The position numbers and the translations under genes were made by a program. A stretch of DNA of 64,000 nt from a virus: positions 32,001 to 96,000 of the IMG/VR virus record IMGVR_UViG_3300030012_002034; one strand, written 5' to 3'. Shown one piece after another: positions 10,379 to 20,176 of the stretch. Within the stretch, counting starts at the first letter, position 1; the number at the start of each line of letters is the position of its first letter. Below the pieces are notes generated by a model. The model had not been told where the DNA came from and made no database searches. It was given only the letters and a program-made list of their open reading frames with translations.

Positions 10379-12271
10379 TTAACAAGTTTTAGATGGTTGA
10401 ATATCTGTAGTACATGGATCTATAAAACAAGTTAATCCATCTAAACTAAATTTAAATCCACCTACTTGATCATGTCTAGATGCATCCAATCCAAATGAAT
10501 AATCTGCATAACCTCCTGCACCATCTGAATGTGTTCCAAATCCTAAACCAGGTCCTGTTGCAATTGTTGAACCATTAGTCCAAGTTGTTGGTGTTGTTCC
10601 GGTAGCTATAAAAGTTACTTTAGTAGCATTGGCTCCTGCACCAACATTACTAAAATTATCACCTGTTTGAAAATTATATATTGTATACATTTGACCAACT
10701 ACAAGAGTACCTGAAGTTTGATAAGAAGGTTCAGTACGTATTGCATTACTATGTAAAGTTCCAATTGGACCTTGATCATAATTAGGAACTGAAGCACTGG
10801 CTACAGCAAATGTTGTTATAAAGTTAGCAGCAGAAGATCCTAAAAGGGGAGCTGAATCTGAAGTATTAGTTTCTAAATTATTTAATGTTTTAAAATATAA
10901 TTTTTTATCTGCTGAAATAGATACTTCCATAAAAGCAGTCATAAGAACTGTACCTGTATCTACAGCTACTTGTCTTGTTGCTACAATATTACCTCCTCCT
11001 AATGTAACAAGATTTTCAAAGTTTGTTCCAGTATTCATGATAGTTGTAGGAACAATAGAATTATTTTCATTAAAATATGCTGTAGTTACACCACTACCAG
11101 TTATAGCACTAACTCCTCCTGTTACACCTAATGCAGTTGCAGATCTTGTTATAGTTCTATAAGTATCTACATTACTCATAGCTTCTATTCCTGAACTACC
11201 TCCATTCATTAAAGGTATAAAAACATCTCCTCTAAAGTGAACTACATTACCAATTCTTCTTGCTTGAGGTTTACCTACAGTTCCACCTTGATGATCAAAA
11301 CCAGATAAGTCTTTCCATCCAGTATCTACTATTTTAGCACTAAGTGTAACACCCATATCGCCATATGTAGCATCTTTAGTTACTGTTAAGTCAATAGTAT
11401 TAGTATCTGTTACTTTAACTTCATATGTAGCTAGAAAATTATAAGTATCACATAAAGCAATCCATATATTATTTATAGCAGATGCCATTGTAGTATTACT
11501 TACATCAGTAATCCAGCTTCCTGCATATTTTGTAATCATATTCTGACCTGATGCAGAAAATAAAGCTAAGTCAGCATCTAATATACATTTTCTAGATATT
11601 GCATCTGTAATTGTAGTATTACCACCTGTTAATGCTCTAAAAGAACAGTAACCATAAGTTGAATCATTAACTAAAGCAGTAAGAATATCAGTTAAGGTGT
11701 GAGATGTTCCTGATGTAACAGTACTACTTAAATCGCAAGCTACTGTAAAACTAGGCATAGTAAAACTAGGAGCTGGAGCATTTTCTAATGCATCAACTCT
11801 AATATCTAAACTGTTAATTTGATTTTGAAGTAAGCTTATATCTGTTATTAATGAACATACTTTTCTAGCAATTAAAGTTACATAATCAGTTAAGTTCATT
11901 GTGGTTTCTTCTCCTGTAATTAAACAAGATTCAATTGTCATAATACAACTATTAGGACAATCACCTGATGAGCTTGATGTAGAATCTGTTGTACTTACAC
12001 TTTCTAAAGCACAAATTCTTTTTATTAATAATTGAATTAATTCCTCAAACTTTGCTGGAGGACATGTAGCTAAACTAAAACAAGAAAGATCATAACTACT
12101 TACTTTTAAAGAAGTCATGATTGTACAAAGCTCAGTAGCTAATTTACTAACAGTATCAGATATAGTATCTCCTGTACATAGATTTATACATGATATATCA
12201 GGCCCAGCCCAAATAACACAGTTGGAGGACTGAGGTGCACAAGGAGAGTTATCAGCATTAATAGGTTTCAT
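10379..12271 (-). CDS. Tail fibre-like protein
   Basis: Cys-rich N-terminus, coiled coil (LLQNQINSLDIRVDALE), DTGWKDL...RRIGNVVHFRG receptor-binding-type domain, Thr/Gly-rich C-terminus. Confidence 0.65.
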   Translation of the reverse strand: MKPINADNSPCAPQSSNCVIWAGPDISCINLCTGDTISDTVSKLATELCTIMTSLKVSSYDLSCFSLATCPPAKFEELIQLLIKRICALESVSTTDSTSSSSGDCPNSCIMTIESCLITGEETTMNLTDYVTLIARKVCSLITDISLLQNQINSLDIRVDALENAPAPSFTMPSFTVACDLSSTVTSGTSHTLTDILTALVNDSTYGYCSFRALTGGNTTITDAISRKCILDADLALFSASGQNMITKYAGSWITDVSNTTMASAINNIWIALCDTYNFLATYEVKVTDTNTIDLTVTKDATYGDMGVTLSAKIVDTGWKDLSGFDHQGGTVGKPQARRIGNVVHFRGDVFIPLMNGGSSGIEAMSNVDTYRTITRSATALGVTGGVSAITGSGVTTAYFNENNSIVPTTIMNTGTNFENLVTLGGGNIVATRQVAVDTGTVLMTAFMEVSISADKKLYFKTLNNLETNTSDSAPLLGSSAANFITTFAVASASVPNYDQGPIGTLHSNAIRTEPSYQTSGTLVVGQMYTIYNFQTGDNFSNVGAGANATKVTFIATGTTPTTWTNGSTIATGPGLGFGTHSDGAGGYADYSFGLDASRHDQVGGFKFSLDGLTCFIDPCTTDIQPSKTC

Positions 12272-12302
12272 AGTCTTTATATTTATAATATAGTTATAAT
12301 TC

Positions 12303-14144
12303 TCAAGAACTGCAAGTCTTAGGGGTAGAACAATTACACGTTGAACAAGTACTCTGATTACAGCCGCAACTACTAGGTACTGTAGAACATGTATAATTAG
12401 GATCTATTAATGCTTGAAGTTCAATTAATTCTTTTTTAATAGTCCATTTATCAATTTCTTCCGGACAACAACTAGATATACCATATCTTTTTTGTACTAC
12501 AGACTTATAAAGTTGTTCTCCAAAGTTACATGATATCTTTTCATATTTTTCTATTGAACATGCTGGTGTATTATATCCTGGTTTAATTTTCTTAACAGGG
12601 TATACTTGAGCAGGACATGTCCAAGGAGAATCTGCATTTGCTTGAGTACAATTTCCATGAAATAAAGGTAAAGTACCAGTATTCCATCTGATTACACAAT
12701 ACCTTTTACTTCTAGATTTAGCAGCAACAGATTCAGTAGTTTGTAAAATTCCATTACAATCTATATAAGTAAATGTAGCTGCTTCTGTTCCTTCATTATA
12801 TATGGTTGAACATCTACATGCAAAATCTTTTAAACACGTTGCACAATCAGAATATTGTGAATGAAAAGTAACTCCTACAGGATTTACAGGAACACCTGTA
12901 AAGGTAGAAACTGTAAAGCATTTTTCACAATTTTGAAGTTGAATTACCCTACCAACATAAGCTGATAAATCTGTGCTTGTATATGTAATAGGATCAGCAC
13001 CATCACATGATGTTAGTTTATAGTATGTTGTTTTACACTCTTGACATGTGTCAAAACCACCAGCTTGGATAACTACTGTTGTATCACTAGGAGGTGCTAC
13101 ATTTATTTCTTCAACCGTGTAGCATCCGCAAGGATCAGCTAACTCTACTACTTTATTTTTATACTCTGATAAATCCTGAGTAGTATATACTATTTCTTCT
13201 TCATTATCACAAGAAGTTAGTCTGTAAGCTATTGTAGGTTTGCAAGCCTCACAACTAACATAATCAAATCTAACTATAACATCAATTGGACACTCACAAT
13301 CACCAGACTGAATAGCTACAGTATAACATCCAGAATGACCTTCTATAGTAACTACATTACCTAAGTAAGCAAATAAATTCTGTGATTTACTATTTATTAC
13401 AACACCTGTTGTACATTCTGTAAGTTTATAACAAATCTCAGGACACTTACCGTCTATACAAGCCGTACTTGTAGTAATAGTCCCAGAACCATCTGAATCA
13501 AAAACTGGTTTAGTTAAAGCACAAACTTGAACTGGAGCTAATACTCCTGAACGTGCTATATTATCACAACCAACATAACTAATAGTTCCTGTTCCTGTAA
13601 CTGTATAACATTTGCATGTACAAGCACTACAAGCAGAAGCATAAGTTACAGTAGTAGTTACTCCTGAGCATTCATTTGGTGATTCTTGTACAAACCAACA
13701 ATCTGAATTATCATTGATTGTTATAAATGTATTTACATAAGCTGAAAGATCAGTAATTGTAAGAAAGGAATTACCATCACAGTTTGTTAATCTAAAACAA
13801 GGAGTTACACAAGTAGGACATATTGAATAATCAGCATCTAGAGGTTGTTTATCTTCACATGTCATCTTACCAGTATAGCCAAAACTAGTATCTTGTAAGG
13901 CATCAAATGCTAAAACTGTTGCAACATCAGCTTGTTTTGCCTCAACATAATAACACTTGTTATTTTCAAGTGGTTTAGTTGATCCATCAGTAGCTGTATA
14001 ATTAGTAGTAGAACCTTGATATAAATATACAGAATCTGGACCCCAAAAAGGATTCCAACTAGATTTATCTAGTCTTACATTAAATTGAATTGATGGATCA
14101 CAACAATCTGTTAATGTATAATATCTTATGGAGTTTGTTGACAT
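12303..14144 (-). CDS. Cys-rich repeat virion protein (tail hub/fibre-like)
   Basis: Four to five repeats of (C/Y)(Y/F)xLTxC...DLSxY...C(Y/F/W)xV. Confidence 0.6.
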   Translation of the reverse strand: MSTNSIRYYTLTDCCDPSIQFNVRLDKSSWNPFWGPDSVYLYQGSTTNYTATDGSTKPLENNKCYYVEAKQADVATVLAFDALQDTSFGYTGKMTCEDKQPLDADYSICPTCVTPCFRLTNCDGNSFLTITDLSAYVNTFITINDNSDCWFVQESPNECSGVTTTVTYASACSACTCKCYTVTGTGTISYVGCDNIARSGVLAPVQVCALTKPVFDSDGSGTITTSTACIDGKCPEICYKLTECTTGVVINSKSQNLFAYLGNVVTIEGHSGCYTVAIQSGDCECPIDVIVRFDYVSCEACKPTIAYRLTSCDNEEEIVYTTQDLSEYKNKVVELADPCGCYTVEEINVAPPSDTTVVIQAGGFDTCQECKTTYYKLTSCDGADPITYTSTDLSAYVGRVIQLQNCEKCFTVSTFTGVPVNPVGVTFHSQYSDCATCLKDFACRCSTIYNEGTEAATFTYIDCNGILQTTESVAAKSRSKRYCVIRWNTGTLPLFHGNCTQANADSPWTCPAQVYPVKKIKPGYNTPACSIEKYEKISCNFGEQLYKSVVQKRYGISSCCPEEIDKWTIKKELIELQALIDPNYTCSTVPSSCGCNQSTCSTCNCSTPKTCSS

Positions 14145-14150
14145 TTTATA

Positions 14151-14309
14151 TTAAGTTGTTTCCTCTCTTCTTTTAATTGCTTTTAATTTTAAGTCTTCTT
14201 CATATTTAGATGCGCACATATTACATACTTTTGTGCCATCTGAAGCAGTTCTTAATTGACAACTACAATTCATTGTAGCTCCGCAGTTTGGACATCTTGA
14301 CGTTCCCAT
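14151..14309 (-). CDS. 52-aa zinc-finger-like protein (below ORF-track cutoff)
   Basis: MGTSRCPNCGATMNCSCQLRTASDGTKVCNMCASKYEEDLKLKAIKRREETT; fills the gap between two genes and has an AAAACCAACAAAC leader. Confidence 0.7.
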   Translation of the reverse strand: MGTSRCPNCGATMNCSCQLRTASDGTKVCNMCASKYEEDLKLKAIKRREETT

Positions 14310-14329
14310 AGTTTGTTGGTTTTATTTAT

Positions 14330-14872
14330 TTAACAATTAGTACAATTCATCTTTCCTAATAACTTACACGCATAATTATATAATGTCATTCCTTTTTGAG
14401 GTTCATGACAATATTCTACTTTAGCTTTTGCTGCTTCAAGATACATTTTAATTAAACGTAATTGCTCCAGTTTTTTCTTTATATCAGCTGGAGGGTCACA
14501 AGCAGATACATCAATATCACACAATATTTTATTATATTTTATTAATGCATCAGTAATTCTTAAATGATTATAAGTAACAAATACTACATCATTTGGTGAT
14601 ACACTATATTTTATAATGTATACTCCATCGGGAAGATTAGCATATTTTTCACCGCAATCTTCTGTCTGTAGGTTTAAATCACAGGCAGTTATAGTTTTAG
14701 TAAAATTTTCTGTAACATTTAACTGTATAGAAAATCCATATCCAGGAACAGTAATATTTAAATGTGTACAGTTTACATCAATTAAACTTGAATAAACACT
14801 TGTATCTACAACTCTCATTATACATGAGTTCATAACTGTAGGCACTTCTAAACTTAATACGTGATTTGCCAT
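14330..14872 (-). CDS. Virion structural protein (tail hub-like)
   Basis: LPDGVYIIKYSV motif, Ig-like N-half with helical C-half; position after the auxiliary capsid gene. Confidence 0.55.
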   Translation of the reverse strand: MANHVLSLEVPTVMNSCIMRVVDTSVYSSLIDVNCTHLNITVPGYGFSIQLNVTENFTKTITACDLNLQTEDCGEKYANLPDGVYIIKYSVSPNDVVFVTYNHLRITDALIKYNKILCDIDVSACDPPADIKKKLEQLRLIKMYLEAAKAKVEYCHEPQKGMTLYNYACKLLGKMNCTNC

Positions 14873-14883
14873 AATATATATTT

Positions 14884-15240
14884 TTAAAGTTCAAATATAC
14901 CTACTTCTAAAACAGGTGTACCTGACGCAGCATCAGCTTGAAGATCTACTAATGTTGCCCAAGGGAAGAATGCAAATTCTCCAGGACCTAATGTCATATA
15001 ATGATCTCCACCCTCTGATTTTACTAAATTGATATCAATAGTAGAATCTATATTTTTTACATATACAAAAGCTTTTGTATAAGAAGCTGCAGCTACAATA
15101 TTAGAAGCTGTAGTGCTTATTGTAATTCTTTTTAGCTCTACATTTTTCTCAACATTAATAAGATCAGTTATAGTCATGTTAATTACATCAGAAGTAAGAT
15201 CACTACTGGTTAAAACTAATTTTGCATTTAATGTTCCCAT
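14884..15240 (-). CDS. Small beta-rich virion protein
   Basis: 118 aa, YVKN...LGPGEFAFFPW motif. Confidence 0.55.
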   Translation of the reverse strand: MGTLNAKLVLTSSDLTSDVINMTITDLINVEKNVELKRITISTTASNIVAAASYTKAFVYVKNIDSTIDINLVKSEGGDHYMTLGPGEFAFFPWATLVDLQADAASGTPVLEVGIFEL

Positions 15241-15251
15241 ATTTTATTTTT

Positions 15252-15290
15252 AAAAAAAAAGGAGAGGAAAGATAACTCTAACCTCTCCCT
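15252..15290 (-). terminator. Rho-independent terminator
   Basis: GGAGAGG/CCTCTCC stem plus A9 on the + strand, downstream of the 526-aa gene. Confidence 0.65.
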
Positions 15291-15319
15291 TTAGGTTTAT
15301 TATTGAATTCAACTAGTGA

Positions 15320-16900
15320 TTACACACAAGGTGGGAATTTTGTTAAAGGTGTACATGCAGCTGTATCACATGTAATTGTTTCCATTTGAACATCACAGTT
15401 TCCACAACCTCCTAACCAAGTATTCATAAAGGTTTGGAAGTCAGTGTGGTTTTCATCACATATAATTTCAACTAAATATTGATCATTATCAAATACTCCA
15501 GTTGGGTTATTATAACGTGGAACAGTATGTAAAATTTGGTAACGTACCCATGTATTTTTACTTCTAATTGATGCTCCTGTATCATCAGTAAGAATATCAT
15601 TTCCTTGAGTTATCTCACGGATTCTGATATCAGTTGCAAAGTGATTTTGACCATAAGATTCTGATAAAATCAAGTCTCTAACCACTGTTTCACCTAGACC
15701 CATTGGAGAAACTGGTGCACATACTTCACTAACACAAATACCAGTGAACTCACATGGATTACCTGTGTAATCTACTTCAGAAACAAAAATCTTAATAGGC
15801 TGATAATCATATCCATCTAAGTATTGGAATGAACAATCTCCAAATTTAGTACTTACGTAGCATCCTTCAATTGTTAATCCTGCACACTCACCTGTAGTGT
15901 GACCAGTAGAAACATAATCTTTCCAGTTACCACCAATTGTAAATCCAGTTGGAGCTACTAAACCTGATGTGTCAACATCATCAGCATACCATAATTTATT
16001 ATCCTCTCCAGTAACAACTATTTGAATAAAGTCTTTCATAATAGGACTTGTAGTAAGTTGTTTAGCCCACTCAATAAATACAAGTGTACTATCTACTGGC
16101 GTAGGATTTGTAGGATCTGGACAACAATCAGTAGACATTTCAACTGTTAAATATGCATTATGTGCAAGAAGATCTAATGCAGGCTCTCCTTTTAGATCTA
16201 CTCTTAAAGAGTAAGTTTCATCACAAAGGAATTCTTGACAACAATCTTTAGATCCTTGTGTCATTGCAGCTGTATAAGTACCATCTATTGAACCAGAAGA
16301 AGGTGTTCCTGCACCTAAGTCAGCTGCAGCAATAGACCAAGTAAGTGTAGTAGCAGGTAAACCATATCCTTGACCAGCAGCAGTAATAGTAACACTAGCA
16401 ACAACACCACCAGCAACTACAACAGTAGCTAAAGCACTATTAGCTCCTGTAGAACCTGTAACTTTAACATTAGTATATGTATTATTTGTTAAGCCGCCAC
16501 CACCATTATCAACAATTGTTAATGCTTGAGTAACTAGTAAACCAACTGTGTCAGGAGTATACCCAACAGCAACAACATGATTTTGTGCAGCACAGTCATC
16601 TATTCTGTAGAATTTGTGCACATATCTAGGGTTAATAAGTTTAGACTTATTAGTTTCTTTATATCCACCGTGGTGAGGTCCTACTTTATCTTTATCATAA
16701 AGTGATCCTGAAACTAATGTTAAGGGACAACAATCAGTTGGTGCTGACCCTATGTCAACAAGATTCCAATTCTTGTCAACAAAACCAAATTCACCTTTAT
16801 CTAAGGTGTTTCCAGTTGTGCCTAAAAGGCCTTTTGCTTTTTCTACAAAGTCCTTGCTACCTAGCATGGTCTTCTTAAAAGCGTGATTAAAATAACTCAT
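15320..16900 (-). CDS. Abundant structural protein, probable auxiliary capsid protein, with inserted beta-repeat domain
   Basis: Own promoter motif and terminator; synteny after ring gene as in crAss-like phages; VAGGVVASVTITAAGQGY insertion. Confidence 0.55.
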   Translation of the reverse strand: MSYFNHAFKKTMLGSKDFVEKAKGLLGTTGNTLDKGEFGFVDKNWNLVDIGSAPTDCCPLTLVSGSLYDKDKVGPHHGGYKETNKSKLINPRYVHKFYRIDDCAAQNHVVAVGYTPDTVGLLVTQALTIVDNGGGGLTNNTYTNVKVTGSTGANSALATVVVAGGVVASVTITAAGQGYGLPATTLTWSIAAADLGAGTPSSGSIDGTYTAAMTQGSKDCCQEFLCDETYSLRVDLKGEPALDLLAHNAYLTVEMSTDCCPDPTNPTPVDSTLVFIEWAKQLTTSPIMKDFIQIVVTGEDNKLWYADDVDTSGLVAPTGFTIGGNWKDYVSTGHTTGECAGLTIEGCYVSTKFGDCSFQYLDGYDYQPIKIFVSEVDYTGNPCEFTGICVSEVCAPVSPMGLGETVVRDLILSESYGQNHFATDIRIREITQGNDILTDDTGASIRSKNTWVRYQILHTVPRYNNPTGVFDNDQYLVEIICDENHTDFQTFMNTWLGGCGNCDVQMETITCDTAACTPLTKFPPCV

Positions 16901-16997
16901 TTTTTAAATTGCCTCCTATTTTATTCAGAGGACTTTTTTTGTTTATAAATAAATAGATACTATAATATAATAAAATTTAGTATAATATCAAAATAGT

Positions 16998-17696
16998 TTA
17001 ATTATTTCTTTCAGCTGTATCTGTACCTCTTGAGAACTGACTCATAGATTCAATATCTCCAGCTAATACACTAACTGTTTCATCAATAATTAATTCAACT
17101 ATATCATCTTTAAATTCAGATATAACATCTGTAGTAGATTGTACCTGAGTATAAGGATTAGAGCATCCTTTAATTTGAATTTTACGTGGTTGTCTATAAT
17201 AGACAAACTCACTTTTATCAATTTCAAAATCTTGATTAGTAAAAATATTTAGTTTATTTCCTTGTAGAGTAGCAAATGTTTCTGACCATTCAAAGCTTGG
17301 TTGTTTTGATTTATCTCTTAAAAGTAAATTAAGGTTAGCTTCTTCAACTAAGTATACTACCATTCTTCTATTCTCACAACAATCCTTTTTTGCAAAAGCA
17401 TCTACTCTTTTCCATTGTAAATAATCTATAGGAACAGCGGCAGAAAAATGATCAACTTTATCAGTTAATATTAAATTATCAGTTACCAATAAAGCTTGAA
17501 GATCATCTATTCTTCTAGTAGATTGTTCATCACCTTCTTTCATTAAGTTCATACCATGAAGTTGCCTACGGGCCCATTCTACTTGTGCTTTATTAAAAGC
17601 CTCAACAATCATCCAGCATTCTATGTTATCATAGTCATTACTGTCTAATTTATTTAGACGCTGTTTTACTTTAATTGTTATAGTACTATTTAACAT
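16998..17696 (-). CDS. Ring/adaptor protein (crAss-like conserved gene downstream of MCP)
   Basis: LNKLDSN...FNKAQ...EQSTRRIDDLQAL and YYRQP motifs. Confidence 0.7.
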   Translation of the reverse strand: MLNSTITIKVKQRLNKLDSNDYDNIECWMIVEAFNKAQVEWARRQLHGMNLMKEGDEQSTRRIDDLQALLVTDNLILTDKVDHFSAAVPIDYLQWKRVDAFAKKDCCENRRMVVYLVEEANLNLLLRDKSKQPSFEWSETFATLQGNKLNIFTNQDFEIDKSEFVYYRQPRKIQIKGCSNPYTQVQSTTDVISEFKDDIVELIIDETVSVLAGDIESMSQFSRGTDTAERNN

Positions 17697-17905
17697 TACT
17701 TCTTTTTCTTTCTTAATTTACCTAATGTAATTGCAAATCTAGCACGTTGAGCAGTTTTACCTTTACCTTTAGCTTTTTCTCTAAGCCAAGACTTTTTTAT
17801 TTTCTTATTCTTTTTATCATATCCTCCTTCTCTTTTAGCTGTCGCAGTAAGAGAACCTGGTTTCTTAATTGCTTTTTTAATATTTAACTTTTTCTTTTGT
17901 GCCAT
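17696..17905 (-). CDS. Small Lys/Arg-rich protein
   Basis: MAQKKKLNIKKAIKKPGSL...RARFAITL; start revised to the ATG after the upstream stop. Confidence 0.75.
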   Translation of the reverse strand: MAQKKKLNIKKAIKKPGSLTATAKREGGYDKKNKKIKKSWLREKAKGKGKTAQRARFAITLGKLRKKKK

Positions 17906-17910
17906 TTTTA

Positions 17911-18195
17911 TTAGCATTTCCACCTTCTTCTAGCCTGTCTTATTCTAGAATTAGGATTATTTCTTGTTTTAGCACTACTCCTTTTTAGCTGCCCTAAGCT
18001 TCTAGCACAATATGATTTACGTCTTTTAGCAGCTTTACTACCTTTCTTGACTTTACCCGTTACAGCTGTTTTTAACTTAGATCCGGGATTAGCACGTCTA
18101 TATGCTCTAACTCCCTTTTTAGTCATTCCTGCACCAGATTTAGTCTTACGGTAGTTACCACCTTTACCAATTGTTCTTCTTATTGCTTTAGCCAT
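17911..18195 (-). CDS. Small Lys/Arg-rich protein (AAKRRKSYCARS family of marine phages)
   Basis: 94 aa, RRANPGSKLK...RRKSYCARS...RRRWKC. Confidence 0.8.
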   Translation of the reverse strand: MAKAIRRTIGKGGNYRKTKSGAGMTKKGVRAYRRANPGSKLKTAVTGKVKKGSKAAKRRKSYCARSLGQLKRSSAKTRNNPNSRIRQARRRWKC

Positions 18196-18494
18196 TATTT
18201 CTTCTTTTTAGCATTATGTGCTTTTCTAATAGACTCTTTTCCTCTTTTAAATATAGCAGCTTGTTTAGGCTTTCCTCCATATTTAGATCTTTGTTCACCT
18301 ACAGTTAGTATTTGAATTTTTCTAGCATAAGGTTTTCTAATTCTTTTTACTTTAGCTACTGTAGCTCTTGCATCTGCTTCAGTTGCATATTTTATTTTAA
18401 CAGTATCTTTAGGATTTTCATCTGTATAAAGTCTCCTACTGCTACCTTTAGGTTTCTTACCTGTGCCAACTTTAGGATCTTTTTTCTTAGCCAT
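18195..18494 (-). CDS. Small Lys/Arg-rich protein (LYTDENPKDTV family)
   Basis: 99 aa, overlapping start/stop with both neighbours. Confidence 0.8.
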   Translation of the reverse strand: MAKKKDPKVGTGKKPKGSSRRLYTDENPKDTVKIKYATEADARATVAKVKRIRKPYARKIQILTVGEQRSKYGGKPKQAAIFKRGKESIRKAHNAKKKK

Positions 18495-18622
18495 TACTTC
18501 TTTTTCTTAGATGGCTTAGACATACTTTTAAGCATAGCATCAATTCTTGCTGCTTGACCTTTATGCATAGCAGATGCTTTCTTTAACTCTGCAGAAATCT
18601 TTTTTAGTTTTTTAGTATCCAT
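18494..18622 (-). CDS. 42-aa basic protein (below ORF-track cutoff)
   Basis: MDTKKLKKISAELKKASAMHKGQAARIDAMLKSMSKPSKKKK; its stop overlaps the next ATG (TAATG). Confidence 0.7.
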   Translation of the reverse strand: MDTKKLKKISAELKKASAMHKGQAARIDAMLKSMSKPSKKKK

Positions 18623-18624
18623 AA

Positions 18625-18867
18625 TTATCTTTTTTTCTTTTTGTGTAAACCATGTTTAGCATGTTGTTTACCTGCTCTAGTAGCAGCTCTTTTCTTTTTA
18701 TTTGCGGCAGCTAATTTCTTTCTACCTTTTTTAGTACTTTTTAATTTTGCAATAGTTTTAGAAGGAGCATAGACTTCACCAGTTTCAGAAGACTTCTTAC
18801 CAGAAGGAGTTCTCCATTTCTGTTTAGTCCATCTCTTTAAACTTTTTTGTTTCTTAGTTAGTCCCAT
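18625..18867 (-). CDS. Small Lys/Arg-rich protein (SLKRWTKQKWRT family)
   Basis: 80 aa, very basic. Confidence 0.8.
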   Translation of the reverse strand: MGLTKKQKSLKRWTKQKWRTPSGKKSSETGEVYAPSKTIAKLKSTKKGRKKLAAANKKKRAATRAGKQHAKHGLHKKKKR

Positions 18868-19097
18868 TATCTATATCCTCCTCCTTTAGCTTTATATTGT
18901 TTAGCTAGCATCTGTGCTTTTCTAGCAGACCACTGACCAGGTCTCCCCCCTTTACTGCCCGCTTTAATACGTTCAAATAATCTTTTACGCATACCAGGTT
19001 TAGTATAATTACCAGAAGAATTAACCGTACTCTTCTTTTTTTTAGAAGTGCTCTTTCTCTTAGAAGAAGACCTTTTCAATGTTTTTTTCAATGCCAT
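18867..19097 (-). CDS. Small Lys/Arg-rich protein (GQWSARKAQ family, DUF5872-like)
   Basis: YTKPGMRKRLFERIKAGSKGGRPGQWSARKAQMLAKQYKAKGGGY. Confidence 0.8.
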   Translation of the reverse strand: MALKKTLKRSSSKRKSTSKKKKSTVNSSGNYTKPGMRKRLFERIKAGSKGGRPGQWSARKAQMLAKQYKAKGGGYR

Positions 19098-19099
19098 TT

Positions 19100-20107
19100 T
19101 TAACTATTCCAAAATTTTTCACATTTAGTATTTAAATCACTAAGAATATCCTCATGTAAAGGGTTCTTAAGATACTCAACAACATCACTAACATTTCTGC
19201 CTAGTGCAGCATTTGTATCATTGTGATAAATATAACCATCACTCTTATTAACAATATACTTAAAAAAAACGGAATCTTTAACAATTGCCTTAATTTTTAA
19301 TGTTTCCATATTCATTTTGCATGCATCTAAGAATGAAGTTGCTGCTCTTTCTTTATTACTTTCAATACCTTGACCACTAATATAAATATCCATATTATCA
19401 TAAATAACATCATTTGGAGTATCTTTCTTATATAGTGTACTATGAGTATCTACTACTTTAGCAATATAAAATAACTTACTACTATTCTTATCAAATAATT
19501 TTTGTAGTTCAGAGTATGCTTTGTTTCTTAGTTTCTTATACTCTGTTCTTATCATTGCAGTATCTTCTTCTTTATCTAGATAAAACTTAGGCGGTACTGC
19601 TTGTGATCTTGCATCATCATAACTTTTTGCAACTAAGGAAAATCCTCCTGCTTCTATTGCATGAAACTTAATTCTATCATAAGGGTCTTTTAAATCTAGG
19701 TATACGGGTTCATTACCGCATTTAATTTCAATCTTATTCCAGAATTCAGCGTTATTAGGTTTTAATAAAGTTACTTTATTCCAAAAGTCTTTATCTTCTA
19801 TATCAATAACATTTGATGCTAATTCTTTTTCTAGCTCTGCTACTGTAGTTCTTATTTGTTTTATCTTAGCTTTCTTTGCATCTCCTGTTAATAATTTAAC
19901 TGCAGGTGCAAATTCATTTAATCCGGTAACATATCTTATAATACCGTTTTTTTCAATACATGCTAGTTGTTCCATATGTTTGACACCATCAAACATTGTT
20001 ATTCCATAATCCTCTAATCCCATATTTGAGACAGTAGGGTCAAAGTAAGGTTTAATTCTTACTTGTGTTTTCTTATTTGTTTTTGTAATTACTTGTGTAA
20101 ATGACAT
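19100..20107 (-). CDS. Conserved crAss-like protein downstream of MCP
   Basis: 335 aa, YVTGL...LEKEL...FW...LDLKDPYD motifs; VEYLKNP C-terminus. Confidence 0.7.
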   Translation of the reverse strand: MSFTQVITKTNKKTQVRIKPYFDPTVSNMGLEDYGITMFDGVKHMEQLACIEKNGIIRYVTGLNEFAPAVKLLTGDAKKAKIKQIRTTVAELEKELASNVIDIEDKDFWNKVTLLKPNNAEFWNKIEIKCGNEPVYLDLKDPYDRIKFHAIEAGGFSLVAKSYDDARSQAVPPKFYLDKEEDTAMIRTEYKKLRNKAYSELQKLFDKNSSKLFYIAKVVDTHSTLYKKDTPNDVIYDNMDIYISGQGIESNKERAATSFLDACKMNMETLKIKAIVKDSVFFKYIVNKSDGYIYHNDTNAALGRNVSDVVEYLKNPLHEDILSDLNTKCEKFWNS

Positions 20108-20126
20108 AATGTTGGTTTAAAAAATT

Positions 20127-20167
20127 AAAAAAAAGAAAATGGGGAGCAATGTCTACTCCCCGTTTTC
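20127..20167 (-). terminator. Terminator after major capsid gene
   Basis: GAAAATGGGGAG/CTCCCCGTTTTC inverted repeat with A-run on the + strand. Confidence 0.8.
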
Positions 20168-20176
20168 ATATATATA

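Noticed and set aside
9809-14144. Diversity-generating retroelement target in fibre genes
   Set aside because: No reverse transcriptase and no near-identical TR/VR nucleotide pair noticed; repeats are diverged at the protein level
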